A stretch of 63,870 bases of DNA, filler included, from Octopus bimaculoides (GCF_001194135.2; 4 parts of 4 records of this genome joined end to end with filler, not necessarily neighbours in it); one strand, 5' to 3'. Counted from the first letter of the whole stretch, positions 36,484-49,404 are shown. Made by a program: numbers and translations. Notes: a model not told the origin generated them from the letters alone.

Positions 36484-37287
36484 TTATATGTCTGTGTTTG
36501 TCTCCCTACCATCGCTTGACAACCAATGTTGGTGTGTTCACGTCCCCGTAACTTTCCTCTCAACAACTCGCTGGCGTTATCCAAGTGTGATCCAAGTTAT
36601 GGTTAATTAGATATACTTCAGTATTATAACACAATGGACGTTTCGACAATTAGAGCGAACGACAGTGGTAGGGCATACCCCGGTCAAATGGTGGCGGTGG
36701 CGGCGGCGGTTGGCAATGATGGTGGTGATGATAGTAGTGATAGCTGTTCTGGTAGCGGTGACGGTGGTGGTGATAACAATGACAGCAGTACTGGCGTTGG
36801 TGGTAGTGGTGATATGAAAGTAGCGGTAGAAGTAATAGCAGTTGTAGAAGCGATATGTAATATATTGGTAGTAGAGTCATGATCAACAGTCTTTCCAGCC
36901 GTAACCTTCTCTTTCCTCATATGTAATAATATCTAGGACCAGGTAATCCAATATGGTCCAGCGTGTCCTTTCATATAACTGCAGGATATGATTTGCGAGC
37001 GATTTGACAGTTATTTCTAGCAGGACAAATGACCATGTAGAGGCTGTCTCGTTACGTTCTGACTTAATTGATAGTGGTGTGGATTGGTAAGTGCTGTAGT
37101 TTTAGTGTTGTTAGTGGTAGTGGTAGTGTTGTTAGTGGTGGTCAGTGTTGTATACACCACACACACACACATAACAATACTGAATATAAGGAGAATGAAT
37201 AATTAACATTTAAACTTTTTTTATTTCCAGTAAGTCTTGTTATTCGGTTTCTACCTGGATATCATATCCCACCTCTTTCTATATATA

Positions 37288-37482
37288 GGCGCAGGCGTGG
37301 CTGTGTTGTAAGAAACTTGATTCCCAACCACATGGTTTGGTTTCATTCAGTCTCACCGTGTGGAACCTTAGGCACATATCTTCTACTATAACCTCGAGCC
37401 GACCAAAGCCTTGTGAGTGGATTTTGTAGACGGAAACTGAAGGGAACCCGTTGTATATATATGTATATATATATATATATAT
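37288..37482 (+). mobile_element. Family A, 5' half running into (TA)n and a gap
   Basis: ggcgcaggcgtggctgtgttgtaag..gaccaaagccttgtgagtggatttt.gtagacggaaactgaa. Confidence 0.8.
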
Positions 37483-38141
37483 NNNNNNNNNNNNNNNNNN
37501 NNNNNNNNNNNNNNNNNNNNNNNNNNNNNNNNNNNNNNNNNNNNNNNNNNNNNNNNNNNNNNNNNNNNNNNNNNNNNNNNNNNNNNNNNNNNNNNNNNNN
37601 NNNNNNNNNNNNNNNNNNNNNNNNNNNNNNNNNNNNNNNNNNNNNNNNNNNNNNNNNNNNNNNNNNNNNNNNNNNNNNNNNNNNNNNNNNNNNNNNNNNN
37701 NNNNNNNNNNNNNNNNNNNNNNNNNNNNNNNNNNNNNNNNNNNNNNNNNNNNNNNNNNNNNNNNNNNNNNNNNNNNNNNNNNNNNNNNNNNNNNNNNNNN
37801 NNNNNNNNNNNNNNNNNNNNNNNNNNNNNNNNNNNNNNNNNNNNNNNNNNNNNNNNNNNNNNNNNNNNNNNNNNNNNNNNNNNNNNNNNNNNNNNNNNNN
37901 NNNNNNNNNNNNNNNNNNNNNNNNNNNNNNNNNNNNNNNNNNNNNNNNNNNNNNNNNNNNNNNNNNNNNNNNNNNNNNNNNNNNNNNNNNNNNNNNNNNN
38001 NNNNNNNNNNNNNNNNNNNNNNGAATATATATATATATATATAGTTTCGAGCCAATTAGATGATGGAATCTGTGTGAAAGCTCGTCTTGTATACCCACCC
38101 TTCCACCCACACATCCATATACCCACCCATCCACACACACA

Positions 38142-38178
<37 letters not shown>

Positions 38179-38199
38179 TCACTCACTCACACACACTCA

Positions 38200-38326
38200 C
38201 ACATGTAAATCTCCATAGATAGTCGACTGGAATCTATAGCAAAAAGTACTTCTAGATTCTGCACTGTGGGATCGAACCAGCAATCGCATGGTTGGGAAGC
38301 AAACTGCATTAACCATTCACTCAGGA
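38200..38326 (-). mobile_element. Family A head fragment
   Basis: ctatagcaaaaagtactt..cactgtgggatcgaacc..catggttgggaagcaaactgc is the reverse complement of the family A head. Confidence 0.5.
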
Positions 38327-38399
38327 GTAATTTGAAAGAAATAGCAGTCAAATCTCCGTCGAAACACATTCCATCGTGTTAAGCAAGAAAAGATGTAGA

Positions 38400-38535
38400 T
38401 AATCTAGTTCTAGATACTTCCTTGGGCTTTCCTCAGTCTCCTGTTCTTGAGGAAGAGCTTTGCTCGAAACGTAAAACCACCTTTCTTTCGTTCCCTGAGC
38501 GTCTGCTAATACTTTGCATGTACCATGTCCCTGCA
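38400..38535 (+). mobile_element. Hammerhead-bearing element F2 (motif at 38443-38477)
   Basis: guuc-UUGAGGA-A-GAGC-uuu-GCUC-GAAAC-GUA^-aaac followed by ..ccctgagcgtctgctaatac..gtaccatgtccctgc. Confidence 0.6.
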
Positions 38536-39018
38536 AAATATGGTGTTTATAGAACCGGAATTTGCAATACGTTCATTTTAAAGACGTGTGGTTGAGAATA
38601 ACTTGGCTTCTATTTCTAGCAGATCAGTTGACCATATGGAAGCTGCTATCATTGGTGGTGGTTGAATAATAAGGATAATAGTGGTTGTAATGGCGGTGGT
38701 GGTCGTGGTATCTAAAGAATTGTCCTCTTAAGCACGTATCTTTTATTTTAGTGTCGCTTTATGAGTGAAATTAAGTAGACGGAAACGGTGTGAAGCCCTA
38801 CGATAGATTGCACTTGTTAACTCAATGGCCCGTTAAAGGTAATACAAGTGTTTGCGGAATACTCAATCAGTTTCGCTGTTATTTAATGAGCAGGTCACAA
38901 TTGGAATGCATGTCGTTGTAACATGCAGAGAACCAGTTGCTTTATTAGCTGGAGGGAAAACCGCGAGCTAGCAGAGTCGTATGTGTGTATGTATGTATGT
39001 ATGTATGTATGTATGAGT

Positions 39019-39257
39019 GGAGGCGCAATGGCCCAGTGGTTAGGGCAGCGGACTTGCGGTCATAGGATCGCGGTTTCGATTCTCAGACCGGGCGTTGTGA
39101 GTGAAAACACCTAAAGTTCCACGAGGCTCCGGCAGGGGATGGTGGCGAATCCTGCTGTACTCTTTCACCACAACTTTCCCTCACTCTTACTTCCTGTTTC
39201 TGTTGTGCCTGTAATTCAAAGGGTCAGCCTTGTCACTCTGTGTCACGCTGAATGTCC
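39019..39257 (+). mobile_element. Family C SINE (3' end in a gap) inserted in a family A variant
   Basis: Head ggaggcgcaatggcccagtggttagg and body match 30190; the upstream flank 38960-39015 reappears at 39505. Confidence 0.85.
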
Positions 39258-39571
39258 NNNNNNNNNNNNNNNNNNNNNNNNNNNNNNNNNNNNNNNNNNN
39301 NNNNNNNNNNNNNNNNNNNNNNNNNNNNNNNNNNNNNNNNNNNNNNNNNNNNNNNNNNNNNNNNNNNNNNNNNNNNNNNNNNNNNNNNNNNNNNNNNNNN
39401 NNNNNNNNNNNNNNNNNNNNNNNNNNNNNNNNNNNNNNNNNNNNNNNNNNNNNNNNNNNNNNNNNNNNNNNNNNNNNNNNNNNNNNNNNNNNNNNNNNNN
39501 NNNNACCGCGAGCTAGCAGAGTCGTATGTGTGTATGTATGTATGTATGTATGTATGTATGTATGTATGTAT

Positions 39572-39795
39572 GTGTCCGTCCGTTTTTGTCCCCCTTCCCA
39601 ACACCTTTTGATAACCGTTGTTGGTGAGTTTATGCCCGAGTGACTTAGTGGTTCGGCTATAGAAACTGTTAGAACAAGTCCCAGGCTTAAGAAGAGAAAT
39701 AATTCCTGGAGTCGATTCATTCGGCCACCAAAGACAATTTCTCAAGGTGATGCTCCAGCATGACTACAGTCCCGTGACTGAACAAGTACAAGCAA
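39572..39795 (+). mobile_element. Family A 3' half, diverged (host of the family C insertion)
   Basis: tttgtccccc..tgataaccgttgttggtg..ttagtggttcggc..gagtcgattcattcg..tgctccagcatgac..gactgaacaagta. Confidence 0.65.
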
Positions 39796-39979
39796 GAAAA
39801 AAAAAAAAACCAAAGCCGTGGTATGATTTGAGGGAGATTACGCTCCTATTTTTTTCTCTTCTAACGAGTGAAAAAGAACATGTAGATTCTTATGGTGTAG
39901 TGAGTGGCGAGAGCAGTGCGCGTCTGTTGCTGTTCCTAAACATTTTCTCAGGAGGTGGCGTCGGCGATGGTGACAGTGG

Positions 39980-40193
39980 TATGTAATCTGTTGCTAATGG
40001 TAGAGGTGGTGGTGGTGGTGGTGCTTGTAGACGGGATAATATTAGTTGTATTAATGTTATGGTCGTATGTATGTATATATATATATATACATATATATAA
40101 TGGTGGTGAATGCGATGGTAATGATGCGTGGAAACGGAGGGAGTTAGTAGTTGAGTATTGTTTTTCGGAACAAAAATAGGGGTGACTGGTTTT

Positions 40194-40235
<42 letters not shown>

Positions 40236-40450
40236 CAATTAGCAAAAGTATTGGGGTGGGATGTTTTTTTGCTAGCGGCCACAATTGTGTTGGTAGTGGT
40301 GTTAGTGATAAGGGTGACACCGGTTATGGCGTTAAAGGTGGTAGCGGTGATAGTAGTAGTAGTAGTGGTAGTGGTAGTAGTAGTAGTAGTGGTAGTGGTA
40401 GTGGTAGTAGTGGTAGTATTATTAGTGGTGTTGGATGGTGGTCGGTAGTG
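39980..40450. repeat. (GGT)n/(TAG)n low-complexity region
   Basis: Direct reading; it is the source of the poly-V, poly-T and G/S-rich ORFs. Confidence 0.85.
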
Positions 40451-40687
40451 GGGTGGCAGTTGGGTGGGTCGTGGTGTACTATACGCGACATGATATACGA
40501 TATGGCCCGACTAATTCGCTTTCAATATTGTAAACGTGCCAAAAACCTACTCACACACATACTAACACTATCCTCCCAGCGTCGTTTCAGTTCTCCACCC
40601 ATCCCTATCAGGAGAATGACATGTGCGTAATTACGAGAGCTCACTAATCTCACATTAAATTTCTTTCGCTCTTAAAACACGTCACTG

Positions 40688-40760
<73 letters not shown>

Positions 40761-40777
40761 GTGTGGAACAGGTGTGG

Positions 40778-40877
40778 NNNNNNNNNNNNNNNNNNNNNNN
40801 NNNNNNNNNNNNNNNNNNNNNTTAATTAATTAANNNNNNNNNNNNNNNNNNNNNNNNNNNNNNNNNNNNNNNNNNNN
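40778..40877. other. Artificial assembly linker 44N-TTAATTAATTAA-44N
   Basis: Identical 100-bp structure. Confidence 0.95.
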
Positions 40878-42084
40878 ATATATATATATATATATATATA
40901 TAATAAGAGACACTAACTACAGGGGTATCATAATACAGTGACAAATGTCAGTAAAGAAGTGACCTGAAGGAGAACGATGTCTAACAATACAAGAAGATAA
41001 ACAGAAGGGTACATCAGATAGCAACAAATCCCAAGCAATCCCTCATTACTCAAGCACTGTGATGGGAGATAGTTGAGTGTAGGGTAGAGAGATAAATATA
41101 GCAATGTTAGGGAGACAGAGATGGGCATAACTAATGTTCCCTTGCTTGCTCTTGTGACAATGGTAATAATGAATAGAAGAGAAGACAATAGAGGTGCCAA
41201 ATAGATAAGAGGGACAGTGAAGGGTGGTGCAAAGTGTACAAAAGGTCCAGATGTACATATAAATTATGTATCCAAGTTTCCAGCACTACTCATATACATG
41301 CTTTTAAATACATTTTTCGAGAAAACTGTATGAGTATGTAAAAACTTTGAAATGAAGGTTAAAAAAATAATAAATCTATATTAAGTTTCAACATGTACTG
41401 TTTACCAATGGTTACACTGAATAAACTTTAACTCTTAACAAGAAAAAAACTGTTGAGAAACTTTCCTTTTCAATCCAATGAAGAGTGATAATTGAAAGTG
41501 AGCAAAAATGTTTAATTCTCTATCTCACATAAATAAGCAATATTTATAGATAATTATATCAACTGTTTCTCATCTGCAAATTAAAGAATTAATTAATTTC
41601 TAATTAAATTAAGATTGTTCAAAGAATGCATCTTTTCAGAGACAATCATTTCACTACGTTTCTCTTAAACACAAACATGTTTATGCTTTATATTTTCAAT
41701 TAAGGTACTAATTAATTTATGATTAAGCTAAGTTTGTTCAACAAAGATTGTACATATTACATTACATACACACACACACACACACACACACATTAAACTC
41801 AAACACTGTTTTCACTCTGTTGTGATGTATTAACAAAGCTACGACAAAATCACTCCAAAAATAACCAACATCTTTATCTCTGAAATGATTTGAATAATGT
41901 TATAAACAAACATCAGGCAAATATACCTATGTTAAATTTATTTACATAGATTGCTTAGATTTATGAGCTAAAGTCTGAAAATTCTTACAGTATGAGCAGC
42001 TACTGCTTCAAAGTACTTGATAGATGTAGAATCCATTCAGGAGACAACTCACCAGATTGACCTTCTCAGCAATGACTAAAAAAA

Positions 42085-42748
42085 AATAAAGAACTTCCCT
42101 GAAATTGATTGGGAAAGCTTTCATTGGCCATGAAGTACAGATGATTTTTTTTTTATATAGTGCTGGATTCAAACTGGTCCCAAGTAGTCACCTCCCCACA
42201 AGAGGTTACAACACATTGGACCTGCTCTTTATTACCATTCCTGAAACTTATCAGTATCACAACCATGAAACCTTTAAGTAACTCTGATCGTGCTATGATT
42301 ATTGCCAATTTGTCACTTGTGGGCAGAAACAAAAAGCACCACCACTAACAAACCACTCACTTTGGCTAGAACAAAGCAGACTGGAACTGTTACTGTGATG
42401 AGTTACAACATCCAGACTGGTTTGAATTTTATGATTCTGGAGACATCAATACTGTTTCAAAACATCCTCAGTGCAATCTGGGTCACATGTGAAGCATCAG
42501 TACCACTCAAACGCTCTAAAAATCTCAAAAGTGCAATTTGGAAGACTGCATCAGTTCAACTTGCCAGGAAAGATTGTTGTGATGCTGAACAGGAATGTAG
42601 ACTACATAGAACAAATGATAGTAGAAGGTACAATAGATCATCCAACCATCTTAAGCAAGTGACAAAAAAGGAAGTGCTTGAGTTTGAACAATGTATAGCA
42701 ACCAGCCCTGACAGCAAAATGTTCTGGAAATATATATGTTCAAAGTAG
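42085..42748 (+). mobile_element. CR1-like LINE remnant (endonuclease C-terminus and linker region)
   Basis: Frameshifted FPEIDW..SQVVTSP-TRGYNTLDLL..PLSNSDRAMI and YNRSSNHLKQVTKKEVLEFEQCIATSPDSKMFWKYICSK are typical of CR1/L2 ORF2. Confidence 0.7.
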
Positions 42749-42749
42749 A

Positions 42750-42930
42750 GACCTCACGATTTTGCTTTCGTTTGCCCCAATAGGTCTTCGCAAGCCGAGT
42801 TTCGTGTCCAATGAAGGAGACGACGTTGGCATGGGGGCCAGTTGTCGAATTTAGTTCGATTTCGATTTCACTTGCCTCAACAGGTCTTCGCAAGCGGAGT
42901 TTAGTGTCCAATGAAGGAAGGTACGCATAA
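42750..42930. repeat. CpG-rich short repeat with an internal 41-bp direct repeat at a 100-bp period
   Basis: caataggtcttcgcaagccgagtttcgtgtccaatgaagga (42778) and caacaggtcttcgcaagcggagtttagtgtccaatgaagga (42878); related sequence at 49860-49985. Confidence 0.7.
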
Positions 42931-43479
42931 TTATTTATGTAAATGTTTAATTTGTAAATCAGGTAATATGGTTATGTTAATTTCTAGCATAACATCACTG
43001 AAATGGTGAGATTATATTCTGTGTGGTTATAAAGAAACATACCAAATTAAATAGTGCTAGAACAATTGTCCATGATTTCGCAATAATTTTAAAATCAAAG
43101 ATTATGTATAGATTTTTAATACTTTCTCCACCCATTCAGTATTGGACCTACTAATACAAAATACTTGTTAAGAAATTAGAATTAACATAAGATAAATTAA
43201 AATAGTCAGACAATGATTCAGCCTGCAGTGTATCTTGATATAAGATATTTTAGCAGGTTATAAATGTGTACTGTAATACAGGTAAAATTCACACACACAA
43301 AAAAGTAATAATATTAAATTGATAAGAAAATCAGTATATTTTGGAGTATTAGATTTTAGCATTTTCTTTTGAATATTTTCTATTTTGAACCACTGCAAAA
43401 GTTTTCTTATAAACCTTTAAACAGTACAATTATTGTAATTCTTCTGTTGATCTTTGCAATGCTTTTGATTGATTCCATT

Positions 43480-44030
43480 CAGCTATTTCCCAATTCATAT
43501 CACACAGCTGGCAATGTTAGTTTGATACACAGAAACTATTGAATGGTACACAGTCAAAAGATGATTATAAAGAATGAGGTGAACAAAACCAATGAACTGT
43601 TCAATATTGACATATGAGCACATCAACAGAGAGAATATTAAGTTGTATCACACCTTTTCAAACAGCTGCTGTAAACTATTTACTTTTATACCTCCCCGAC
43701 ACAACTATCTAGAAAGACAAACAGCTAAGAGTCTCTCGTCACATACTGAGATACTTATAGCTGGCTTCTAATAACTTCAATGAGCTATGTGAGGAATAAC
43801 AAAAGATTCATTATATAAACGCGGCAAATATCTCCATCAGTAGTTTTATTCTAATCAACTTTGAAGTACTGCAGAACACATTCTTCCAGAAAGTGTATTC
43901 TAAAGAGGCATGCTCATAGATGAGACTATTACTGAAGTACTTCATAAATATTGTAACAAATGATTACAGGATTTTAAAGTTTTGGAAAGCAAGACTTACA
44001 ATATTTAAAACTAATTGAAAACTCACAGAA
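43480..44030 (-). mobile_element. Possible very old CR1-like RT C-terminal remnant
   Basis: Fragmentary minus-strand similarity to the ERL..L.L.SL..RR region; heavily decayed. Confidence 0.3.
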
Positions 44031-44088
44031 AATAATCCTCTCATGAAATTAAAACTAAAGTAAGTTCAAGTAGCAATACAGAAATTTG

Positions 44089-44247
44089 TGGGGTGGTTAG
44101 TGTTAGAAAGAGCATCTAGCTGTAAAAACCACGCTAAAACAAACAGTGAAACTTAGTGCAGTCTTCTATCTAGCCAGCTCCTGCCAAACCAACCATCCAA
44201 CTCATGCCAGCATGGAAAACGGGTGTTAAATGATGAGGATGATGATT
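44089..44247 (+). mobile_element. Family E 3' end with a (GAT)n tail
   Basis: gtggttagtgttagaaagagcatctagctgtaaaaacc..catccaactcatgccagcatggaaaacgggtgttaaatgatgaggatgatgat. Confidence 0.75.
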
Positions 44248-44614
44248 TTATCAGGTGACTAAGTTAACTTTTTGACACAACAGATTATAATAATTGGATG
44301 TTGTTGCATCAAACTCATAAATACATACACACATACATGTACGTGTGTGTGCCTAAAACAAGCTTCCACAGTTTCCAACTGCCAAATTCCATTCAAAAGG
44401 TATTGGTCTACTGGAGAGTATTGTAAAACACACTTGCCCAAGGTGCTACAATGGGATCAACCCCAGAACCATCTAGTTGCAAAGCAAACACTCATGCCTG
44501 AGCATTATGCAATAAAATGTTTTATTTATGCACCTGGCAATTGAATTGTCTTCATAGGTATAGAAATTCAAAATTAAATTACTTATTTCAGAAAGAACTA
44601 TCACTGAATATATA

Positions 44615-45082
44615 TACTCTTTTACTCTTTTATTTGTTTCAGTCATTTGACTGCAGCCATGCTGGAGCACTGCCTTTAGTCAAGCAAATTGACCCCAGGA
44701 CTTATTCTTTGTAAGCCCAGTCCTTATTCTATCGGTCTCTTTTGCCAAACCGCTAAGTTACGGGGACGTAAACACACCAACATTGGTTGTCNNNNNNNNN
44801 NTGCCAAACCGCTAAGTTACGGGGACGTAAACACACCAACATTGGTTGTCAAGCGATATTGGGGGGACAAACACAGACACACAAACTCACACACACACAT
44901 ATATATATATACATATACATATATACGATGGGCTTCTTTCAGTTTCCGTCTACCAAATTCACTCACAAGGCTTTGGCCGGCCCGAAGCTATAGTAGAAGT
45001 ATATTGCCCAAAGCGCCACACAGTGGGACTGAACCCGGAATCATGTGGTTGGTAAGCAAGCTACTTATCACACAGCCACTCC
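44615..45082 (-). mobile_element. SINE-like family A, full length, with CpG decay
   Basis: Reverse complement of the 32442 copy; many differences are CG to TG or CA (gcactgcc, tagtcaagcaaattgacc, tttgccaaacc). Confidence 0.9.
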
Positions 45083-45994
45083 TATATATAAGATAACAAC
45101 TTCAGACAAATTAGTTTGTAATTCTGTAAAATTTCAGCTTTGGAACCAAGTAGAGCAACATAACTCAGCTTAATCAGTAATCTCTCTGAAGTTAATAGAA
45201 TAAGTGATATATAACTAATTCATCAATAAAATTGATCAACTGATGAAAAATTGAATCGGTATATTACTTTCAGATTAAAAACAAAATAGAAGACATTCAT
45301 GTTTTATGAGGATGTGAATGAATGCTTCTCTAATTGCATGAAAACATACCATAAAAACCCATGTAATTTGCGCATCTGTGTAATATATGCATGTGATTTT
45401 CAGGATAAAATTTGTTAAAAAAAACTTCTACTCAGGTAAAATTCCCACCTAAAAGTTTTTAGAATTGCTGATATAGCCAAGGGAAAAAGATTTTCAATTT
45501 AGCTGTATTTAGCATAATTTCACTTACTTATGATTAGATTTTATTAAATTTTCATTAAATAAAAATTTCTGTTTAACAGGAATCACATTGAAAGCTATTA
45601 AATTACAAAGTGTTTGTGTTTATAATAAACTTTATTTTACATTTCTTGCCTACAAGAGGTTATGTCTGAACTTTAGCATACTGCTGTATGTCTTCTCAAA
45701 TCACAATCACAGGAAAAGTTGTTGATAAGAATTACCAACAAAACAAAGCTGATAAATACGCACAGGTGTTGCAAATTAAGTTTAATTACCAATAAACATC
45801 AACTTGGATGACACTTTACTCAACTGATGGAGGAAGGTGACTGATGAAATGGATTATGTAAACAGAATTCTTTTCCACCTATTCTTGTCAGAACCTTTGA
45901 TATGGAGTATCAAAATTTTTAATCCTTTTCACACTTAGAAAATGTCAAGCAAACTTAAAAATTTGTTATTACTGTTATTGTCAGTATGGACAGA

Positions 45995-46090
45995 ACTTAT
46001 GAATCATTTACTGTGAAGGAGAAATTAAATATGTTAAATATGCATTTGAACATGACAATAGAGCCATGTTTGAAATTGGTGTAAACAGTA
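45995..46090 (+). mobile_element. Possible pogo-type transposase N-terminal (Brinker-like HTH) remnant
   Basis: Frameshifted ESFTVKEKL/KYAFEHDNRAMFEIGVN resembles SYT..FKL.VV.YA..HGNRAA..F.V. Confidence 0.3.
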
Positions 46091-46626
46091 CAACAAACTT
46101 AAAACTGTGCCTAGTAATAAACAGGTAAAAATAAAAACATACAATCAAGATTATCCATATTATTACATTTTTTTCAATCAGGAATATCCATATTATGTAT
46201 GTCAATGGTGCTCCATTGCAATAGGTAGAAACTCCAAGCAATGTAAAATATGGCCCGGACTGTGTTTACTAGCAAGAATGTCAGATTTCAAAAAGTAGTT
46301 AACCATTTAATGGTTTTAGTAAATTTATAGAGAAAAAGTAAGCATTATACCATCCAACATAAATAAAGTCAACTTCATTATATTTAAGCCATTATTTTTT
46401 CTGTAAAACCTATTCTGACATTAAATGAGTCAAACTTCTGCAGGGTTATAGTAGATGGTTACACAGTACTATGCATTGGGATCAAACCTGGAACCATGTG
46501 TTTGTGAACCAAACATCTCAATTACACATCTATTCATTACAATTGTAAGTAAAAAGCTTTCAAAATCTATTCTGCTAAAGAATAATTGTGAACATTCTCC
46601 TTGTTGAAGAAAGCAACAATTTAAAT

Positions 46627-46968
46627 CAAGAGCTCTCAACCACTTTTTATTTATAGACGTCTTTCATTACTACTTTATTCTGATGGACCCCCATAGCCAT
46701 TCAATGTTTAAAACTAGTTTTGCAGAAACTTCTTTCAAAATTCCTATTTTGTTTTTCACATGTTAACTTGTGTAGACTGAACTACATAAAATGTTAGAGA
46801 AAGAAACCTAACTGTTTCTTGCAGTACATACCAATACATAAATCTAAAGCAAAAGTTTTTCAGGGGCCAAAAAATACTATTGTGGATCCCCAATTTACTA
46901 TTTTGTGGACTGTCAAAAATCTTATATGGACCCTCAGGGGTCATATGGATCCCGGTTGAGAACCACTG
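46627..46968. mobile_element. hAT-type MITE
   Basis: Right TIR ggttgagaaccactg, degenerate left TIR caagagctctcaacc, and a perfect 8-bp target duplication ATTTAAAT at 46619 and 46969. Confidence 0.8.
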
Positions 46969-47806
46969 ATTTAAATGGACAAGGAAGTAGGTAGAACATA
47001 CACTTCAGCAAGTAACTGAGCATTTTATTGGGTTTCCTGATGAGAAAATACTGATAGAAAATTATATTGCCCATAATTCTAGAAAAAAAAAATCATTTTC
47101 CAATGATTATATTTCTATAAAGCTAAAAAATGATTTCAATTTCAGTAAGCATCAAATCAGATTTCATAAGGTGAGTTTATTAAGAAGTACATTCAGATAG
47201 TTATTTTTATAGTCATTTTAGACAGAATGGCTAAGTCATAGTTTAACCTAGTGCAAAAGAAAAATGTAAAAGTAGAATGCTTTAGATATTCACTAGATAT
47301 AAATCAACAGAATTAGCATCATAGCATCTAATTTCCCTATTATCATTATATTTCATGAATAAGAAAATCAAACTAGACAGAAAATGCTGAAGGAACTAAT
47401 TAACAAACAAACCATGTGAGCAACAAAAATATTACTTCTTTTCACATGACATCTTCATTACGTTAGTATTATTCTTATTAACACTTAAAGAAATAGATAA
47501 ACTCTTAGTAAAATTCAACTTTTTCAAAGTTAATTGTTTTTCTCCCAAAATAGAATGAGTTGAAAATCAGATAAGCTACAGCATTACCATACTTGCAAGA
47601 TAGCTACAAAGAGGAATTTGTTTTCTTTTATTTAGTAAATTTATCACCTATATTGTTACCAATGTAATTATATAGCTGATAAATTAAATACTATTTTGAT
47701 ATGTGAATTTCACTTAATGAACATTATATTGAACATTATTAGATATGTTTCAGCAATAATTATCCAAAAAGAATTTGCAAGATTTCTATGGCTGTGTGGT
47801 AAGAAG

Positions 47807-47843
<37 letters not shown>

Positions 47844-47847
<4 letters not shown>

Positions 47848-48726
47848 GACAGTTGCAATAAAAGTATTTGGTCAAAATAAGCCATTGTACTTTGCCTTCG
47901 TCAACCTGGAGAAAGTTTTCGATAGGGTCCCCTGCTCACTTCTTTGGTGGTCTCTAAGGAAGCTAGGAGTAGAGGAATGGCTTGTTAGAGTGGTTCAAGC
48001 CATGTACAGCAATGCTGTCAGTAAGGTGAATTTAAAACTGGATGCTCATGGGAACTGCTATATGCTGATGATCTTGCTCTTATCGCAGAATCTGAAGCAG
48101 AATTGCAGAAGTTCCAGGTTTGGAAGCAAAACCTGGAATCAACAGGCCTTAAAGTCAACTTAGCTAAGACTAAAGTTGTTATTAGTGAGAAAGGAGATAA
48201 GACTCTCATTATGGCTGGCAAATGGCCCTGTTCAATATTCAGGAAAGGAGTGGGATGTAATTCCATTTGCTGCTCCAAGTGCAAACTGTGGATGCATAAG
48301 AGATGCAATGGAATCATGGGAAGGTTATCAGATATGGTCACTTTCATGTTGCAGATGTGCAGAAACAATAAGTACTAAGAGCACAATGGACTTAAACTCT
48401 CTCAAATGCCCAGGAGGTCTCTTGAGGTAGTAGATAGTTTCTGCTATTTAGGTAACCAAATTAGTAATGGTGGTGGATGCTCTGAAAGTATTGTTTCTAG
48501 AATAAGAATAGGGTGGAGGAAGTTCAGAGAACTACTACCTCTGTTGGCAGCAAAAGGACTCTCTCTCAGAGTGAAAGGTAGATTGTGTGATGCTTGTGTG
48601 AGAAAGGTTATGTTACATGGTAGTGAGACATGGGCTCTGATTGTGGAGAACATGTGTAGGCTGCAAAGGAATGAAGGTAGTATGCTCTGTTGGATTTGCA
48701 ACATCAGTGTGCATGACCGACAAAGT
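47844..48726 (+). mobile_element. RTE-clade LINE reverse-transcriptase fragment (pseudogenised, internal deletion near 48027)
   Basis: KPLYFAFVNLEKVFDRVP; ELLYADDL (48061); LKVNLAKTK; LEVVDSFCYLG; RIRIGWRKFRELLPLL; LHGSETW. Frameshifts are present and the QGS.LSP segment is missing. Confidence 0.92.
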
Positions 48727-49049
48727 TGCTGTCCAATTCACTGTATCGCTGCTTCCCACCCACAACACCCACACACTATTTTTCTACCCAGTTTCTTTGC
48801 TCAGATCCTTGTTACTTGTGAGTATATGCTAGCATTACACCATCTCTCTTCTGCTCTCTCTCTTTCACTTTTGCTGTTTCCTACTCTCTCTCCTTCTCTT
48901 GTTTTTCCTCTGACTAGGTAACCAAGTATCTCTCTCTCTCTCATTGAGTAACCATGTACCTCTTCTATAGCAAGGTACCTATTTCTGCTTCTCTGTCTCT
49001 TTGTCACACTATACTTTCATCATCTGACACAAGTTCCCTTCCTCAAATG

Positions 49050-49404
49050 TTCTGCCCCTCTCATAATTCCTTGTCTTGTGAGTTACTTGGTTACCCTGCC
49101 AGTGCTGGTGCCACATTAAAAGCATCCAGTCCACCCTGTAATGTGGTTAGCGTTTGGAAGAGCATCCAGCTGTAAAAATCATACTAAAACGAACCTCACC
49201 TGTGCTAGTTCCACATAAAAAACACCAAGTCCACTCTGCAGAGTGGTTGGTGTTAAGAAGGGCATCCAGCAGTAAAATCCCTGCCAAAACAGACACAGTA
49301 GCCTAGGGTAGGTTTTCTAACTAGCTGGCTCCTGTCAACCATCCTACCCATACATGCATGGAAGATGGAAGTTAAACAATGATGATGATGATGATGATGA
49401 TGAT
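49050..49404 (+). mobile_element. Family E copy with an internal ~100-bp duplication and a (GAT)8 tail
   Basis: gtgctggtgccacattaaaagca.. at 49102 recurs at 49202; ends gcatggaagatggaagttaaacaat(gat)8. Confidence 0.8.

Noticed and set aside
36634-36920. G/S/D-rich and P/H-rich ORFs (also 40158-40630) as structural proteins
   Set aside because: Degenerate (GGT/AGT/GAT)n low-complexity DNA that is open on both strands, with no convincing splice signals.
44743-44850. Perfect 49-bp tandem duplication inside a family A copy
   Set aside because: The two copies flank a 10-N minimal gap, which indicates unmerged overlapping contig ends.
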